Assembly: GCA_016207905.1 (NCBI GenBank)
Contig: JACQZC010000055.1
Span: 5,998 to 69,997 of the forward strand
Length of the DNA stretch: 64,000 nt
DNA from: Nitrospirota bacterium
GTDB taxonomy: Bacteria > Nitrospirota > Thermodesulfovibrionia > Thermodesulfovibrionales > JdFR-86
Reading direction: 5' to 3'
A program made the translations under genes and the position numbers. The notes beneath the pieces are model-generated. The model searched no databases and had not been told where the DNA came from. It saw nothing but the letters and a program-made list of their open reading frames with translations. Positions 7,772 to 17,094 of this stretch are shown here, piece by piece (position 1 is the first letter of the stretch; each line of letters opens with the position of its first letter).

Positions 7772-7847
7772 CTTAGTCTTTTGGTAGGCAAGCAGGCATT
7801 CACACTGCCTTCTCGATGTTTCTGGTCTTTATCTGCGTGATAGATAT

Positions 7848-7922
7848 TTATTTCTTTTTCTTTTTCGGCTTAGTCTTTTTTACAGGCTCGCATGGCCCTT
7901 TGTGCCCGGGTTTACAGGACAT
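7848..7922 (-). CDS. Small ORF, 24 aa (MSCKPGHKGPCEPVKKTKPKKKKK)
   Basis: A consensus SD (AAGGAGGTG) sits 8 nt upstream of the ATG. The peptide has a Cys-x4-His-x3-Cys head and a poly-Lys tail. Confidence 0.35.
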   Translation of the reverse strand: MSCKPGHKGPCEPVKKTKPKKKKK

Positions 7923-8065
7923 TATATTTGCACCTCCTTTCCCGATTTATTTCAGTATGTTTATATCATAAACACAATTGGTTGTCAAATAAAACATTTG
8001 AGATTTAACACGCATTTTGCTATTCTTTAGCAAAGGGATTTGGACTCAAAGAGGATTCATAATAT

Positions 8066-11000
8066 ATGAAATTCATAGGTCTTGATGCAGGCTCTGTCAG
8101 CGTAAAGGTTATTATGCTTGACAGTCAGGGTAAAAGGCTTTCTGGCTGTTATAGAAAGCACTTGGGGCATCCCATAAAAACCGCAGTAGAGCTTTTGAGG
8201 AAGGCTACGCATGAGGATGGGGATTTTTCCCTTTCAGTGACAGGCTCTGGTGGAAGGCTGATAGCCTCCATACTGGGCATCGAGCCTGTAAACGAGATAG
8301 TTTCGCAGGCATATTCGACAAAAAAACTCTACCCTCACATCAAAAGCATCATAGAGCTTGGCGGAGAGGACTCAAAGCTCATACTGCTATCGGATAGTAT
8401 AAAAGACTTCTCCATGAACTCTGTATGTGCCGCAGGAACAGGCTCTTTTCTTGACCAGCAGGCAGAAAGGCTGAGGCTTACTATAGAGGAGTTGAGCGAG
8501 ATGTCCCTTATCTCCAAAACTCCTCCACGGATAGCAGGCAGATGCAGTGTATTTGCAAAATCAGACATGATACACCTCCAGCAGATAGCAACCCCTGTTG
8601 AGGACATCGTAGCAGGCTTGTGTTTTGCAGTGGCAAGAAACTTCAAAGGCACAATCTCGAGGGGAAGACGGATGCAAAGACCTGTGTCTTTTCAAGGAGG
8701 GGTTGCCGCAAACAAAGGAATGGTCAGGGCATTCAAAGAGGTTTTTGAGCTCGATGAGCTTTTTATACCTCCTGATTTTGCACTTATGGGTGCATGGGGT
8801 GTGGCTCTTAAGGCATTGGATGAGGGCATCCGAAACAGATTTGACATCGATGCATTAGAAGGGTTTCTATATAGCAAGGCAGGAAGAAGCCATGTTTCAT
8901 GCCATAAACCCCTTTCAGAGCCATCGAACAGTCCTTCCGAAAGGCTTTTTCATGTACAAGAAGGCAGGACAAAGGCATACATGGGCATAGATGTTGGCTC
9001 AATCAGCACAAACCTTGCTGTGACAGACGATGAGGGAAGACTGCTTGCTAAGAGATACCTCATGACCGCAGGAAGACCAATAGAGGCAGTAAGACAAGGA
9101 CTGAGGGAGATAGCCTCAGAGGTAGGCGGTAAGGTGCTTATAGCAGGTGTTGGCACAACAGGCTCAGGCAGATACATGATTGCCGATTATGTTGGTGCAG
9201 ACATCGTTAAGAACGAGATTACTGCTCAGGCAACTGCCTCTGCATTCATAGATAAAACAGTTGACACAATCTTCGAGATAGGAGGTCAGGACTCGAAATT
9301 TATCTCCCTGAGAGACGGAGTTATAGTGGACTTCGAGATGAACAAGGCATGTGCCGCTGGAACAGGCTCTTTCTTAGAGGAGCAGGCTGAAAAACTCAAT
9401 ATCTCTATCAAGGAGCAATTCGCAGAGCTTGCCTTTTCCTCGGATGCTCCCCTTAAGCTCGGCGAAAGATGCACTGTGTTTATGGAAAACTCCCTTATGG
9501 CTAATCTCCAGAAGGGTGCAAAGAGGGAAGACCTTCTTTCGGGCTTATCATATAGCATTGTCCAGAACTATATAAACCGTGTTGTGGCAGGCAAACACAT
9601 TGGAGAAAACATATTCTTTCAGGGAGGCGTTGCCTTTAACAGGGCAGTTGTCTCTGCATTTCAAAAATACTTAGGAAAAAACATAACCGTTCCTCCACAT
9701 CACGATGTAACAGGCGCCATAGGCATGGCACTTATTGCATCGAGGCATATGTCTGAAAGGCAGAGCACATTTAAGGGTTTTGAGCTTTCAGAGAGACCCT
9801 ACACCGTTAAATCGTTTGAATGCAAGGGATGTCCTAATGTGTGCGAGATAAACAGGGTTAAGATAGAAGGCGAAAAGGAGTATCTGTTTTATGGCGGAAG
9901 ATGCGAAAAATACGATATAAGAAGGAAAAAGGTAGATGAGACCATGCCTGATTTATTCTCCTTCAGGGAAAATCTACTAAGGGGAGGTGCCATACAGGAT
10001 GACAAATCAGAGAAACCAAAATCCTCTAAGGCTCAGATTATTGGTATCCCCTATGTATTTTCTTTTCATGATTATCTTCCATTCTGGAGGACACTCTTAC
10101 AGGAACTCGGATTCGATGTCGAGGTATCTCCGAGGACAAATAGAAATATAATAAACTCAGGGCTCGAGTGCGTTCTTTCAGAGGCGTGTTTTCCTCAAAA
10201 GGTAGCTCATGGACATCTAAGGTATCTTATGGAAAAAGGCGTAGATGCCATATTCCTGCCAAGTTTTATAAATGTCAACATGCCTGATGAGGAGATTTCA
10301 AAAGGCTCTCCATGCCCATATGCCCAGACCATCCCTTATGTAGGAAAGGTTGCCTTAGAGGGGCTTAAGACAATAACGCCTGTGATTAATATGTCATTGG
10401 GAAAAGGAAATCTCCTTAAAGAACTCATAAAGGCATTTAAAAAGTTCGGACTCAAGATGACTGCCATTGAACATGCGATTGACATTGCAGAGAAGGCACA
10501 GAGGGACTTTGAATCCTCTATAAAGGCAAAAGGCAGGGAATTTATCTCAAGCCTTGGGGATAAAAAGGCAGTGGTCGTTGTGGGGAGGTCGTATAATTCG
10601 TTTGACAGGGGCATGAACCTTGAGATACCAGAAAAGCTCTCGAACCTGAGGATGCCCTCTATACCAATGGATTTCCTTCCAATAGACAATATCAGCATAA
10701 AGGATGAATGGCCCAACATGTACTGGAAGTCAGGGCAGAAGATACTAAGGGCAGGAAGGTTTATCAGAGAGCACCCAAACCTTTATCCGATATACATAGG
10801 GAATTTCTCCTGCGGACCCGACTCCTTCATCCTCAAGTATTTTAGAAAGGAACTAAGCTCAAGACCATTCCTTCACATCGAGATAGACGAGCACAGTGCC
10901 GATGCAGGCGCTATAACGAGATGCGAGGCGTTCCTTGACAGCATAAGAGGCATTAAGCCTGATAATGTCGTAACTAAAGAGATGCCTGCCGTAAGGAAAA

Positions 11001-12202
11001 TAAAGTCCTTTAGCAGTAAGAGAACTGTTTACATTCCGAGGATGTCAGACCATGCATTTGCACTTCAGTCCGCACTCAGGCGCTCTAATGTCGACTCGGA
11101 AGTGCTTCCTGAGTCCAACAAAGAAACCATAGAGCTTGGCATGAGGTTTGTCTCTGGAAAAGAGTGCTATCCATGTGCAGTAACAACAGGAGATATGCTC
11201 AAGAAGGTGTTTTCCTCTGATTTCAAGCCTGAGGAGTCTGCATTCTTCATGCCCTCTGGAACGGGCCCATGCAGGTTTGGACAGTATAATGTATTTCACA
11301 AACAGGTGCTTGATGAGATTGGACTTGAGGATGTTCTGATATTTGCGCCAAATCAGGACATTGAATTCTACAAAGACCTTGGCATCGTAGGCAAGGACTT
11401 TACCCTGCTTTCATGGAAAGGCATAGTTGCCATAGAGCTCCTCTATAAGTGTCTTCATGAGACAAGACCCTATGAGAGGCAAAATGGCACATCCGATGAG
11501 GTTTACAGGCACTCACTCGATAAGATAAGGCTATCCCTTCAGGGAAGAAACGGGAAGATAGAGGATGTTTTAAAGGATGTAAGAAGGGACTTTTCTGCTA
11601 TCCCAAGATATAAAGAGAAAAAGCCTCTGATAGGGGTTGTCGGAGAGATATTTGTGAGGTCAAATAGGTTTTCAAACGAAGACCTCGTAAGGAAGTTAGA
11701 GTCTCTTGGAGGCGAGGTCTGGCTTGCACCCTTAGAGGAGTGGATTTATTATATAAACTTCATAGCCCAGAGAAGGGCATTGCTAAAAAACAAGCCCTCT
11801 GATATTATTAATATCTTTCTAAAGAGGTTCTTTCAAAAGAGGATTGAGCATAGATATGCTCGGCAGGCAGGGTTTCAGGGCTATCTAAAGACACTGGATG
11901 AGCCTACCACAAAGGAGCTTCTGAGGAAGGCGTCTCCTTATGTGCATGACTCATTCGAGGGTGAAACAATCCTGAGCATAGGAAAGTCGGTTGACCTTAT
12001 CGAAAGAGGAGCCTCGGGCATTGTCAATGCAATGCCTTTTGGCTGTATGCCGGGCACAATAGTAACTGCCCTCATGATTGCCCTGAGCAGACAGCACGAT
12101 GTGCCTATAATAAGCATCCCTTATGATGGCACAGAGTCCTCTACATCGGAGATACAGCTTGAGGCATTTATGGAGCAGGCAAAGGTAAAAGCAAGGAGGT
12201 GA
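8066..12202 (+). CDS. Fused double BadF/BadG/BcrA/BcrD-type ATPase (CoA-substrate-specific enzyme activase) with a large C-terminal dehydratase-subunit-like region, 1378 aa
   Basis: Two actin-fold ATPase modules are present (LDAGSVSVKV...CAAGTGSFLD and IDVGSISTNL...CAAGTGSFLE). A Cys-rich linker (CKGCPNVCEI) and a long C-terminal domain follow. Confidence 0.8.
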   Translation: MKFIGLDAGSVSVKVIMLDSQGKRLSGCYRKHLGHPIKTAVELLRKATHEDGDFSLSVTGSGGRLIASILGIEPVNEIVSQAYSTKKLYPHIKSIIELGGEDSKLILLSDSIKDFSMNSVCAAGTGSFLDQQAERLRLTIEELSEMSLISKTPPRIAGRCSVFAKSDMIHLQQIATPVEDIVAGLCFAVARNFKGTISRGRRMQRPVSFQGGVAANKGMVRAFKEVFELDELFIPPDFALMGAWGVALKALDEGIRNRFDIDALEGFLYSKAGRSHVSCHKPLSEPSNSPSERLFHVQEGRTKAYMGIDVGSISTNLAVTDDEGRLLAKRYLMTAGRPIEAVRQGLREIASEVGGKVLIAGVGTTGSGRYMIADYVGADIVKNEITAQATASAFIDKTVDTIFEIGGQDSKFISLRDGVIVDFEMNKACAAGTGSFLEEQAEKLNISIKEQFAELAFSSDAPLKLGERCTVFMENSLMANLQKGAKREDLLSGLSYSIVQNYINRVVAGKHIGENIFFQGGVAFNRAVVSAFQKYLGKNITVPPHHDVTGAIGMALIASRHMSERQSTFKGFELSERPYTVKSFECKGCPNVCEINRVKIEGEKEYLFYGGRCEKYDIRRKKVDETMPDLFSFRENLLRGGAIQDDKSEKPKSSKAQIIGIPYVFSFHDYLPFWRTLLQELGFDVEVSPRTNRNIINSGLECVLSEACFPQKVAHGHLRYLMEKGVDAIFLPSFINVNMPDEEISKGSPCPYAQTIPYVGKVALEGLKTITPVINMSLGKGNLLKELIKAFKKFGLKMTAIEHAIDIAEKAQRDFESSIKAKGREFISSLGDKKAVVVVGRSYNSFDRGMNLEIPEKLSNLRMPSIPMDFLPIDNISIKDEWPNMYWKSGQKILRAGRFIREHPNLYPIYIGNFSCGPDSFILKYFRKELSSRPFLHIEIDEHSADAGAITRCEAFLDSIRGIKPDNVVTKEMPAVRKIKSFSSKRTVYIPRMSDHAFALQSALRRSNVDSEVLPESNKETIELGMRFVSGKECYPCAVTTGDMLKKVFSSDFKPEESAFFMPSGTGPCRFGQYNVFHKQVLDEIGLEDVLIFAPNQDIEFYKDLGIVGKDFTLLSWKGIVAIELLYKCLHETRPYERQNGTSDEVYRHSLDKIRLSLQGRNGKIEDVLKDVRRDFSAIPRYKEKKPLIGVVGEIFVRSNRFSNEDLVRKLESLGGEVWLAPLEEWIYYINFIAQRRALLKNKPSDIINIFLKRFFQKRIEHRYARQAGFQGYLKTLDEPTTKELLRKASPYVHDSFEGETILSIGKSVDLIERGASGIVNAMPFGCMPGTIVTALMIALSRQHDVPIISIPYDGTESSTSEIQLEAFMEQAKVKARR

Positions 12203-12206
12203 TTTA

Positions 12207-12299
12207 GTGGGTTCTGTTACAAAATGGCGTAAAAAGAAGATGAGCAAACACAAACATAGCAAGCTCCGTAAGAAAACCAAATTCCAAAGAAGGGGCTAA
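12207..12299 (+). CDS. bS22-like (AURKAIP1/COX24-type) very basic 30-aa protein
   Basis: GTG start with AAGGAGG 8 nt upstream. The product MGSVTKWRKKKMSKHKHSKLRKKTKFQRRG closely resembles mycobacterial bS22 as I recall it ([25 protein letters not shown]...). Confidence 0.6.
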   Translation: MGSVTKWRKKKMSKHKHSKLRKKTKFQRRG

Positions 12300-12302
12300 T
12301 AA

Positions 12303-12509
12303 ATGGGAAATGAAATTTTAATGAAAGAAAAACTTTCAATGCTCGAAAAAGAACTCTCCACAACTGCCCAGAAGCTAACCGAGATTGACAGGGCTTTAGA
12401 AGAGATACATGACCTCAGGCTTGAGATAAAAGGACTAAAAATCTTTATTGGAAGGCTTCATCCTGAATTAAAAAAGGATTTTCCCGAGATTCTTAAGAAG
12501 CTAAGGTAA
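12303..12509 (+). CDS. Hypothetical coiled-coil protein (68 aa)
   Basis: ORF-track entry, coupled to the preceding stop (TAATAAATG), with heptad-like charged sequence. Confidence 0.5.
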   Translation: MGNEILMKEKLSMLEKELSTTAQKLTEIDRALEEIHDLRLEIKGLKIFIGRLHPELKKDFPEILKKLR

Positions 12510-12522
12510 AAGGAGGGCATCA

Positions 12523-12753
12523 ATGACAGAACAGGAAATATTTAATGCTCTTTCGGCTGAAAATGAGGAATTCAAAAAACTGGGCAGAGAGCACAGAGAG
12601 CTTGACAGTATTTTGGCTGAGCTAAATGGCAGGGTCTATCTCACACCTGAAGAGGAGATGGAAAAGAAAAGGCTACAGAAACTCAAGCTCCAGAAAAAAG
12701 ACAGGATGGCTGAACTTATAAGGAAATATAAAAAAAGCCATTCCTTGAATTAG
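12523..12753 (+). CDS. DUF465/YdcH-like small protein
   Basis: AAGGAGGG SD upstream. The pattern FKKLGREHRELDSILAEL...KKRLQKLKLQKKDRM is typical of DUF465. Confidence 0.65.
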   Translation: MTEQEIFNALSAENEEFKKLGREHRELDSILAELNGRVYLTPEEEMEKKRLQKLKLQKKDRMAELIRKYKKSHSLN

Positions 12754-12762
12754 GCATGCGAT

Positions 12763-14415
12763 ATGAGAAGCAAGACCATTAAGCAGGGCATTAGCAGGCT
12801 TCCACACAGGGCACTTCTTTATGCAACAGGCATTCCCCGCTCCGAGATGGACAAGCCCTTTATAGGGGTTGCAACTTCTTTCACTGACATAATACCAGGT
12901 CACATAGGCATGCGTGACTTAGAAAGGTTCATAGAAAAAGGCATTCATACAGGAGGCGGATACCCATTCTTTTTTGGCATTCCGGGCATATGCGACGGAA
13001 TAGCAATGGGTCATAGCGGGATGCACTATTCACTTCCCTCAAGAGAGCTTATTGCGGATATGGTTGAAACAATCGTCGAGGCTCATCGGCTCGATGGATT
13101 GGTTTTGCTTACAAACTGCGATAAGATTACACCCGGAATGCTTATGGCATCTGCAAGGCTCGACATACCTTCCATAGTGGTCACAGCAGGTCCCATGCTT
13201 TCTGGACATCTGAGGGGAAAAAGGCTTTCTTTAGTCAACGATACATTCGAGGCAATCGGAAAATACAAAAAGGGTCTCTTAAAGTCAAAGGACATAGAGG
13301 AGCTTGAGGTATGTGCCTGCCCGGGTGCAGGTGCGTGTCAGGGAATGTATACTGCAAATACAATGGCATGTGTGACAGAGGCTCTTGGGATGAGCCTGCC
13401 TTACTGTGCCACATCCCTTTCGGTATCCGCTGAGAAAAAAAGAATAGCATTTGAATCAGGAAGGGTGATTATAAGCCTCATAAAAAACAATATTACACCA
13501 AGAAGGATTATGACCCAAAAGGCATTTGAAAACGCAATAATGATAGACCTTGCCTTAGGTGGCTCTACAAACACTGTTCTTCATATCCCTGCCATCTCCC
13601 ATGAGGCAGGCATCCCTTTGCCTCTTGAGACATTTGACAGCCTGAGCAAAAAAACACCTCATCTCTGTAATATGCTTCCCGGAGGAACCCATTACCTTGA
13701 GGACCTGCACTGGGCAGGCGGTATTCCTGCCCTTATGAAAAGGCTCAAGGATAGATTAAACAATGTGGGAACTGTCTCAGAAAAGAAAATATTAGACATA
13801 GCCCGCTGTTCCGAGGTCATGGATGAGGATGTAATAAGACCTCTTAATAAGGCTTATCATAAGGAAGGCGGAATTGCAATACTTAAGGGCAATCTTGCAC
13901 CAGAGGGCTCTGTTGTCAAACAATCCGCAGTCACCGAGAAGGCAATGAGGTTTGAGGGCTCTGCAAGGGTTTTTGACTCAGAAGACTCTGCGATGAAGGC
14001 AATATTGGCAGGTAGGATAAAGAAGGGAGATGTCGTTACGATTCGCTACGAAGGACCAAAAGGAGGCCCTGGCATGAGGGAGATGCTTTCCCCAACATCG
14101 GCAATCGCAGGCATGGGCTTAAGCGAATCAGTTGCCCTTATAACAGATGGAAGGTTCTCAGGAGGCACAAGGGGCCCATGCATTGGCCATGTATCTCCTG
14201 AGGCAATGGAAGGCGGCTGTATTGCCATAGTCAAAGACGGTGATAGAATCAAAATAGATATTCCGAAAAGAAAAATAGATGTCCTTATTCCTGAATCTGA
14301 GATTAAAGCAAGACTTAAGAAATGGAGAAAACCCCTTCCTAAGATTAAAAAAGGCTATCTTTCGAGGTATTCGAGAATGGTTAGCTCGGCAGGTAAGGGT
14401 GCAATAATGAGCTAA
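12763..14415 (+). CDS. ilvD: Dihydroxy-acid dehydratase
   Basis: Full-length IlvD/Edd family protein with motifs [16 protein letters not shown] and GGPGMREML. Confidence 0.95.
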   Translation: MRSKTIKQGISRLPHRALLYATGIPRSEMDKPFIGVATSFTDIIPGHIGMRDLERFIEKGIHTGGGYPFFFGIPGICDGIAMGHSGMHYSLPSRELIADMVETIVEAHRLDGLVLLTNCDKITPGMLMASARLDIPSIVVTAGPMLSGHLRGKRLSLVNDTFEAIGKYKKGLLKSKDIEELEVCACPGAGACQGMYTANTMACVTEALGMSLPYCATSLSVSAEKKRIAFESGRVIISLIKNNITPRRIMTQKAFENAIMIDLALGGSTNTVLHIPAISHEAGIPLPLETFDSLSKKTPHLCNMLPGGTHYLEDLHWAGGIPALMKRLKDRLNNVGTVSEKKILDIARCSEVMDEDVIRPLNKAYHKEGGIAILKGNLAPEGSVVKQSAVTEKAMRFEGSARVFDSEDSAMKAILAGRIKKGDVVTIRYEGPKGGPGMREMLSPTSAIAGMGLSESVALITDGRFSGGTRGPCIGHVSPEAMEGGCIAIVKDGDRIKIDIPKRKIDVLIPESEIKARLKKWRKPLPKIKKGYLSRYSRMVSSAGKGAIMS

Positions 14416-15407
14416 GGGAGCCTCACTTCCCTCATGAATGAGGCTACTTTCTCTGGTAAAGAGGGATTTATATACATCCCCGAGCCTAATGCAAAGCCTG
14501 ATGCCTGACTCAACCTCGGCACAATGCTTAGGTACCAGTGAAAGTGCTTAGAGTGGTTTTTCTGAGGTCCTTCTGAGCGTATTACATAGTTAAAATCAGG
14601 GTTATCCAATCCATAGTGGAGCTTTGAAAGGGCTGTCCTTAGAGCCATTGCAAGGTCGTTTATCTCGGAGTCCTCGATATCTGCAAACGATGCCATATGC
14701 CTTTTAGGAAATATCCATGTATGAAATGGCGAAAGTGCGGCATAAGGAATAAATGTTACAAAGTGCTCGGTTGCCGATATAATCCGTTTTCCATCTGTTA
14801 GCTCATCGTTTATAGTTGCGCACATCAGGCAGTCGCCTGTAGTATTATAATACCTCATTGTCTCCTCGATCCTTGCCCTTATATCCTGCGGAACAACCGG
14901 GATTCCAATAAGCTGTGAGTGCGGATGCTGAAGCGTTGTGCCTGATGCCTCACCCTGATTTTTAAAGATAATGACATGCTCTACCTTTGGGTCTTTGTAT
15001 GCCTCTATGAACCTGTCTCTGTATACCTTGAGTATTCCTGAGATATCCCCTATCTCAAGAAAAGGTATGCTCATATTATGGATAGGAGACTCCACTATAA
15101 TCTCATGTCTTCCAACCCCTATGGCACTGTGCCTAAGTCCAACATTCACCCTGCCCCCCTCCACCTTATCCGAGACAACTGCAAGCCTGTTAGGTATTAC
15201 CCTTATCTTCCATGCGCCTGCCTCCTCAACCCTGAATATCTCATTCGGGGTCGTTGCCTCATTTCCTGGACAAAACGGGCATGAATCGAGATATTCGGGT
15301 AGATACCTCTTTTCCTTCCATTGACGGAACTCCTCGGGCTTTTTGGCATGCTCGGTGGCTATTATCACCCACTCCTTTGCTATGAGATTAAGCCTCAGCT
15401 CTGACAT
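14412..15407 (-). CDS. galT: Galactose-1-phosphate uridylyltransferase-family (HIT-like) nucleotidyltransferase
   Basis: It has the CPFCPGNE zinc motif and the active-site HPHSQLIG (HxHxQ). Confidence 0.8.
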   Translation of the reverse strand: MSELRLNLIAKEWVIIATEHAKKPEEFRQWKEKRYLPEYLDSCPFCPGNEATTPNEIFRVEEAGAWKIRVIPNRLAVVSDKVEGGRVNVGLRHSAIGVGRHEIIVESPIHNMSIPFLEIGDISGILKVYRDRFIEAYKDPKVEHVIIFKNQGEASGTTLQHPHSQLIGIPVVPQDIRARIEETMRYYNTTGDCLMCATINDELTDGKRIISATEHFVTFIPYAALSPFHTWIFPKRHMASFADIEDSEINDLAMALRTALSKLHYGLDNPDFNYVIRSEGPQKNHSKHFHWYLSIVPRLSQASGFALGSGMYINPSLPEKVASFMREVRLP

Positions 15408-15428
15408 ATTTGCCCTCCAGATACAGAT

Positions 15429-15459
15429 ATTATATCAAATCTGAGCGATATGATATACT
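15429..15459. promoter_or_regulatory. Divergent extended -10 promoters for galT (-) and cysK (+)
   Basis: TGATATAAT on the minus strand (15429-15437) and TGATATACT on the plus strand (15451-15459). Both genes have SD sequences downstream. Confidence 0.45.
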
Positions 15460-15475
15460 TTAGAAAAGGAGGCAG

Positions 15476-16402
15476 GTGAAGCTTCATAAAGACATACTAA
15501 ACCTTATTGGAAACACCCCGCTTGTAAGGATAAACCATCTTACAGGCAATGAAGATGCAGAGGTCATGGCAAAGCTCGAGGGCTTTAACCCAGGAGGCTC
15601 TGTCAAAGACAGGATTGCCATCTCGATGATAGAGTCTGCCGAAAGGGATGGAAGACTCGGTGCTCATGGAACTATCATAGAGCCAACATCAGGAAACACA
15701 GGCATAGGGCTTGCCATGGTTTCTGCTGTCAAAGGATATAGATTAATCCTTACGATGCCAGAGACCATGTCAATGGAAAGAAGACAGCTCCTTAAGGCAT
15801 ATGGTGCAGGGCTGATTCTTACACCTGCTGAAAGGGGAATGCTCGGTGCAATCGAAAAGGCAGAAGAGCTATATAAGGAAAATCCTCATTACTTCATGCC
15901 ACAGCAGTTCGAAAACCCTGCAAACCCAGAGGTTCATAGGAGGACAACTGCTATCGAGATTATCTCTGCTATTGGAGGTGTGCCAGATGCCTTTGTCTCA
16001 GGCGTTGGAACAGGAGGCACAATCACAGGTGTTGGCGAGGTCTTAAGAAACGAAAATAAAAACATCTGGATTACTGCTGTTGAGCCTGCAGGCTCGCCTC
16101 TTCTATCAGGTGGAACTCCGGGTAAACACAAGATTGCAGGTATAGGAGCAGGGTTTTTCCCAGGGGTCCTAAACACAAAGATATACGATGAAGTAATAAC
16201 AGTCACTGACTCCGATGCAGAGAAGACTTCAAGAGAGCTATCGGTCAAAGAAGGGCTTCTTTGCGGAATATCCTCGGGTGCGGCTATGTGTGCCGCCATC
16301 AGGGTAGCAAAAAGACTTGGAAAAGGCAAAAGGGTAGTTGTCATTCTTCCTGACAGAGGTGAAAGATACCTATCAACAGGGCTGTTTCAGGAATCACCCT
16401 GA
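15476..16402 (+). CDS. cysK: Cysteine synthase A (O-acetylserine sulfhydrylase)
   Basis: GTG start after AAGGAGG, with PLP-family motifs GGSVKDR, SGNTG and GTGGT. Confidence 0.9.
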   Translation: MKLHKDILNLIGNTPLVRINHLTGNEDAEVMAKLEGFNPGGSVKDRIAISMIESAERDGRLGAHGTIIEPTSGNTGIGLAMVSAVKGYRLILTMPETMSMERRQLLKAYGAGLILTPAERGMLGAIEKAEELYKENPHYFMPQQFENPANPEVHRRTTAIEIISAIGGVPDAFVSGVGTGGTITGVGEVLRNENKNIWITAVEPAGSPLLSGGTPGKHKIAGIGAGFFPGVLNTKIYDEVITVTDSDAEKTSRELSVKEGLLCGISSGAAMCAAIRVAKRLGKGKRVVVILPDRGERYLSTGLFQESP

Positions 16403-16407
16403 GCTAC

Positions 16408-16830
16408 TTATTTAAATGGATTTTTAATCTTAAGACCTTCTATCTCTTGCTTATCAGATAAATCTTCACTCAATAATAACCCTGCACCAGCCTTTATGGC
16501 AGAGCCTATTACCATAGAGTCCCAGAAGGAGAATTTATACCTAATGTGGATTTCTATTGCATCCAGTATAGAGTCTCCGTCAGCTATGACAACATCCCAT
16601 TTCAGGAGGTCCTTTATGATGTCTTTAGCTAATTCTGCACTCACAGGTTTTGGTATCTTCCTTGTCATGGCAACAAAGAATTCCTGAAGCACCTGAGTGC
16701 TTAAATGTCCAAGCCCAGAGTTCCATAAATCGACCACAATCCCCTTAGATAGTTCGTGTTTTTTACCTGCGGTAGTGTCATAGGCATAAATAAGGATATT
16801 CGTATCGAGGAAGACCTTATCGCCTGTCAT
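16408..16830 (-). CDS. vapC: PIN-domain toxin (VapC-like)
   Basis: It carries the FLDTNILIYAYD motif. The probable start is MTGDKVFLD at 16830, because the ORF-track start at 16878 overlaps the antitoxin gene. Confidence 0.8.
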   Translation of the reverse strand: MTGDKVFLDTNILIYAYDTTAGKKHELSKGIVVDLWNSGLGHLSTQVLQEFFVAMTRKIPKPVSAELAKDIIKDLLKWDVVIADGDSILDAIEIHIRYKFSFWDSMVIGSAIKAGAGLLLSEDLSDKQEIEGLKIKNPFK

Positions 16831-17065
16831 GAAGCTCTTCCCTCGAGATTTTGAGATGCCCCTTTGTTCCAAGTTCAAGTCCTTTTTTCAGGAGTCTCAT
16901 CTGCCTTTCTTTTGCTGTTTTATATCCGGTTGCCTCTTTGACCTTTTCTTCGAGGGATTCTCTTAAAAGCCTGCTTAATGATTTTTCCTTGTTTAAGGCT
17001 ATAACCTTTGCCTTTTTCAGAAGCGATATAGGTAAAGACAATGTCACATTCTGCTTTTCCATCAT
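16817..17065 (-). CDS. vapB: Ribbon-helix-helix (CopG/VapB-like) antitoxin
   Basis: 82 aa, with the N-terminal beta-strand pattern NVTLSLPISLLKKAKVIA, directly upstream of the PIN gene. Confidence 0.7.
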   Translation of the reverse strand: MMEKQNVTLSLPISLLKKAKVIALNKEKSLSRLLRESLEEKVKEATGYKTAKERQMRLLKKGLELGTKGHLKISREELHDRR

Positions 17066-17094
17066 AACCTCCTATTATCACATAAATATGTGTA

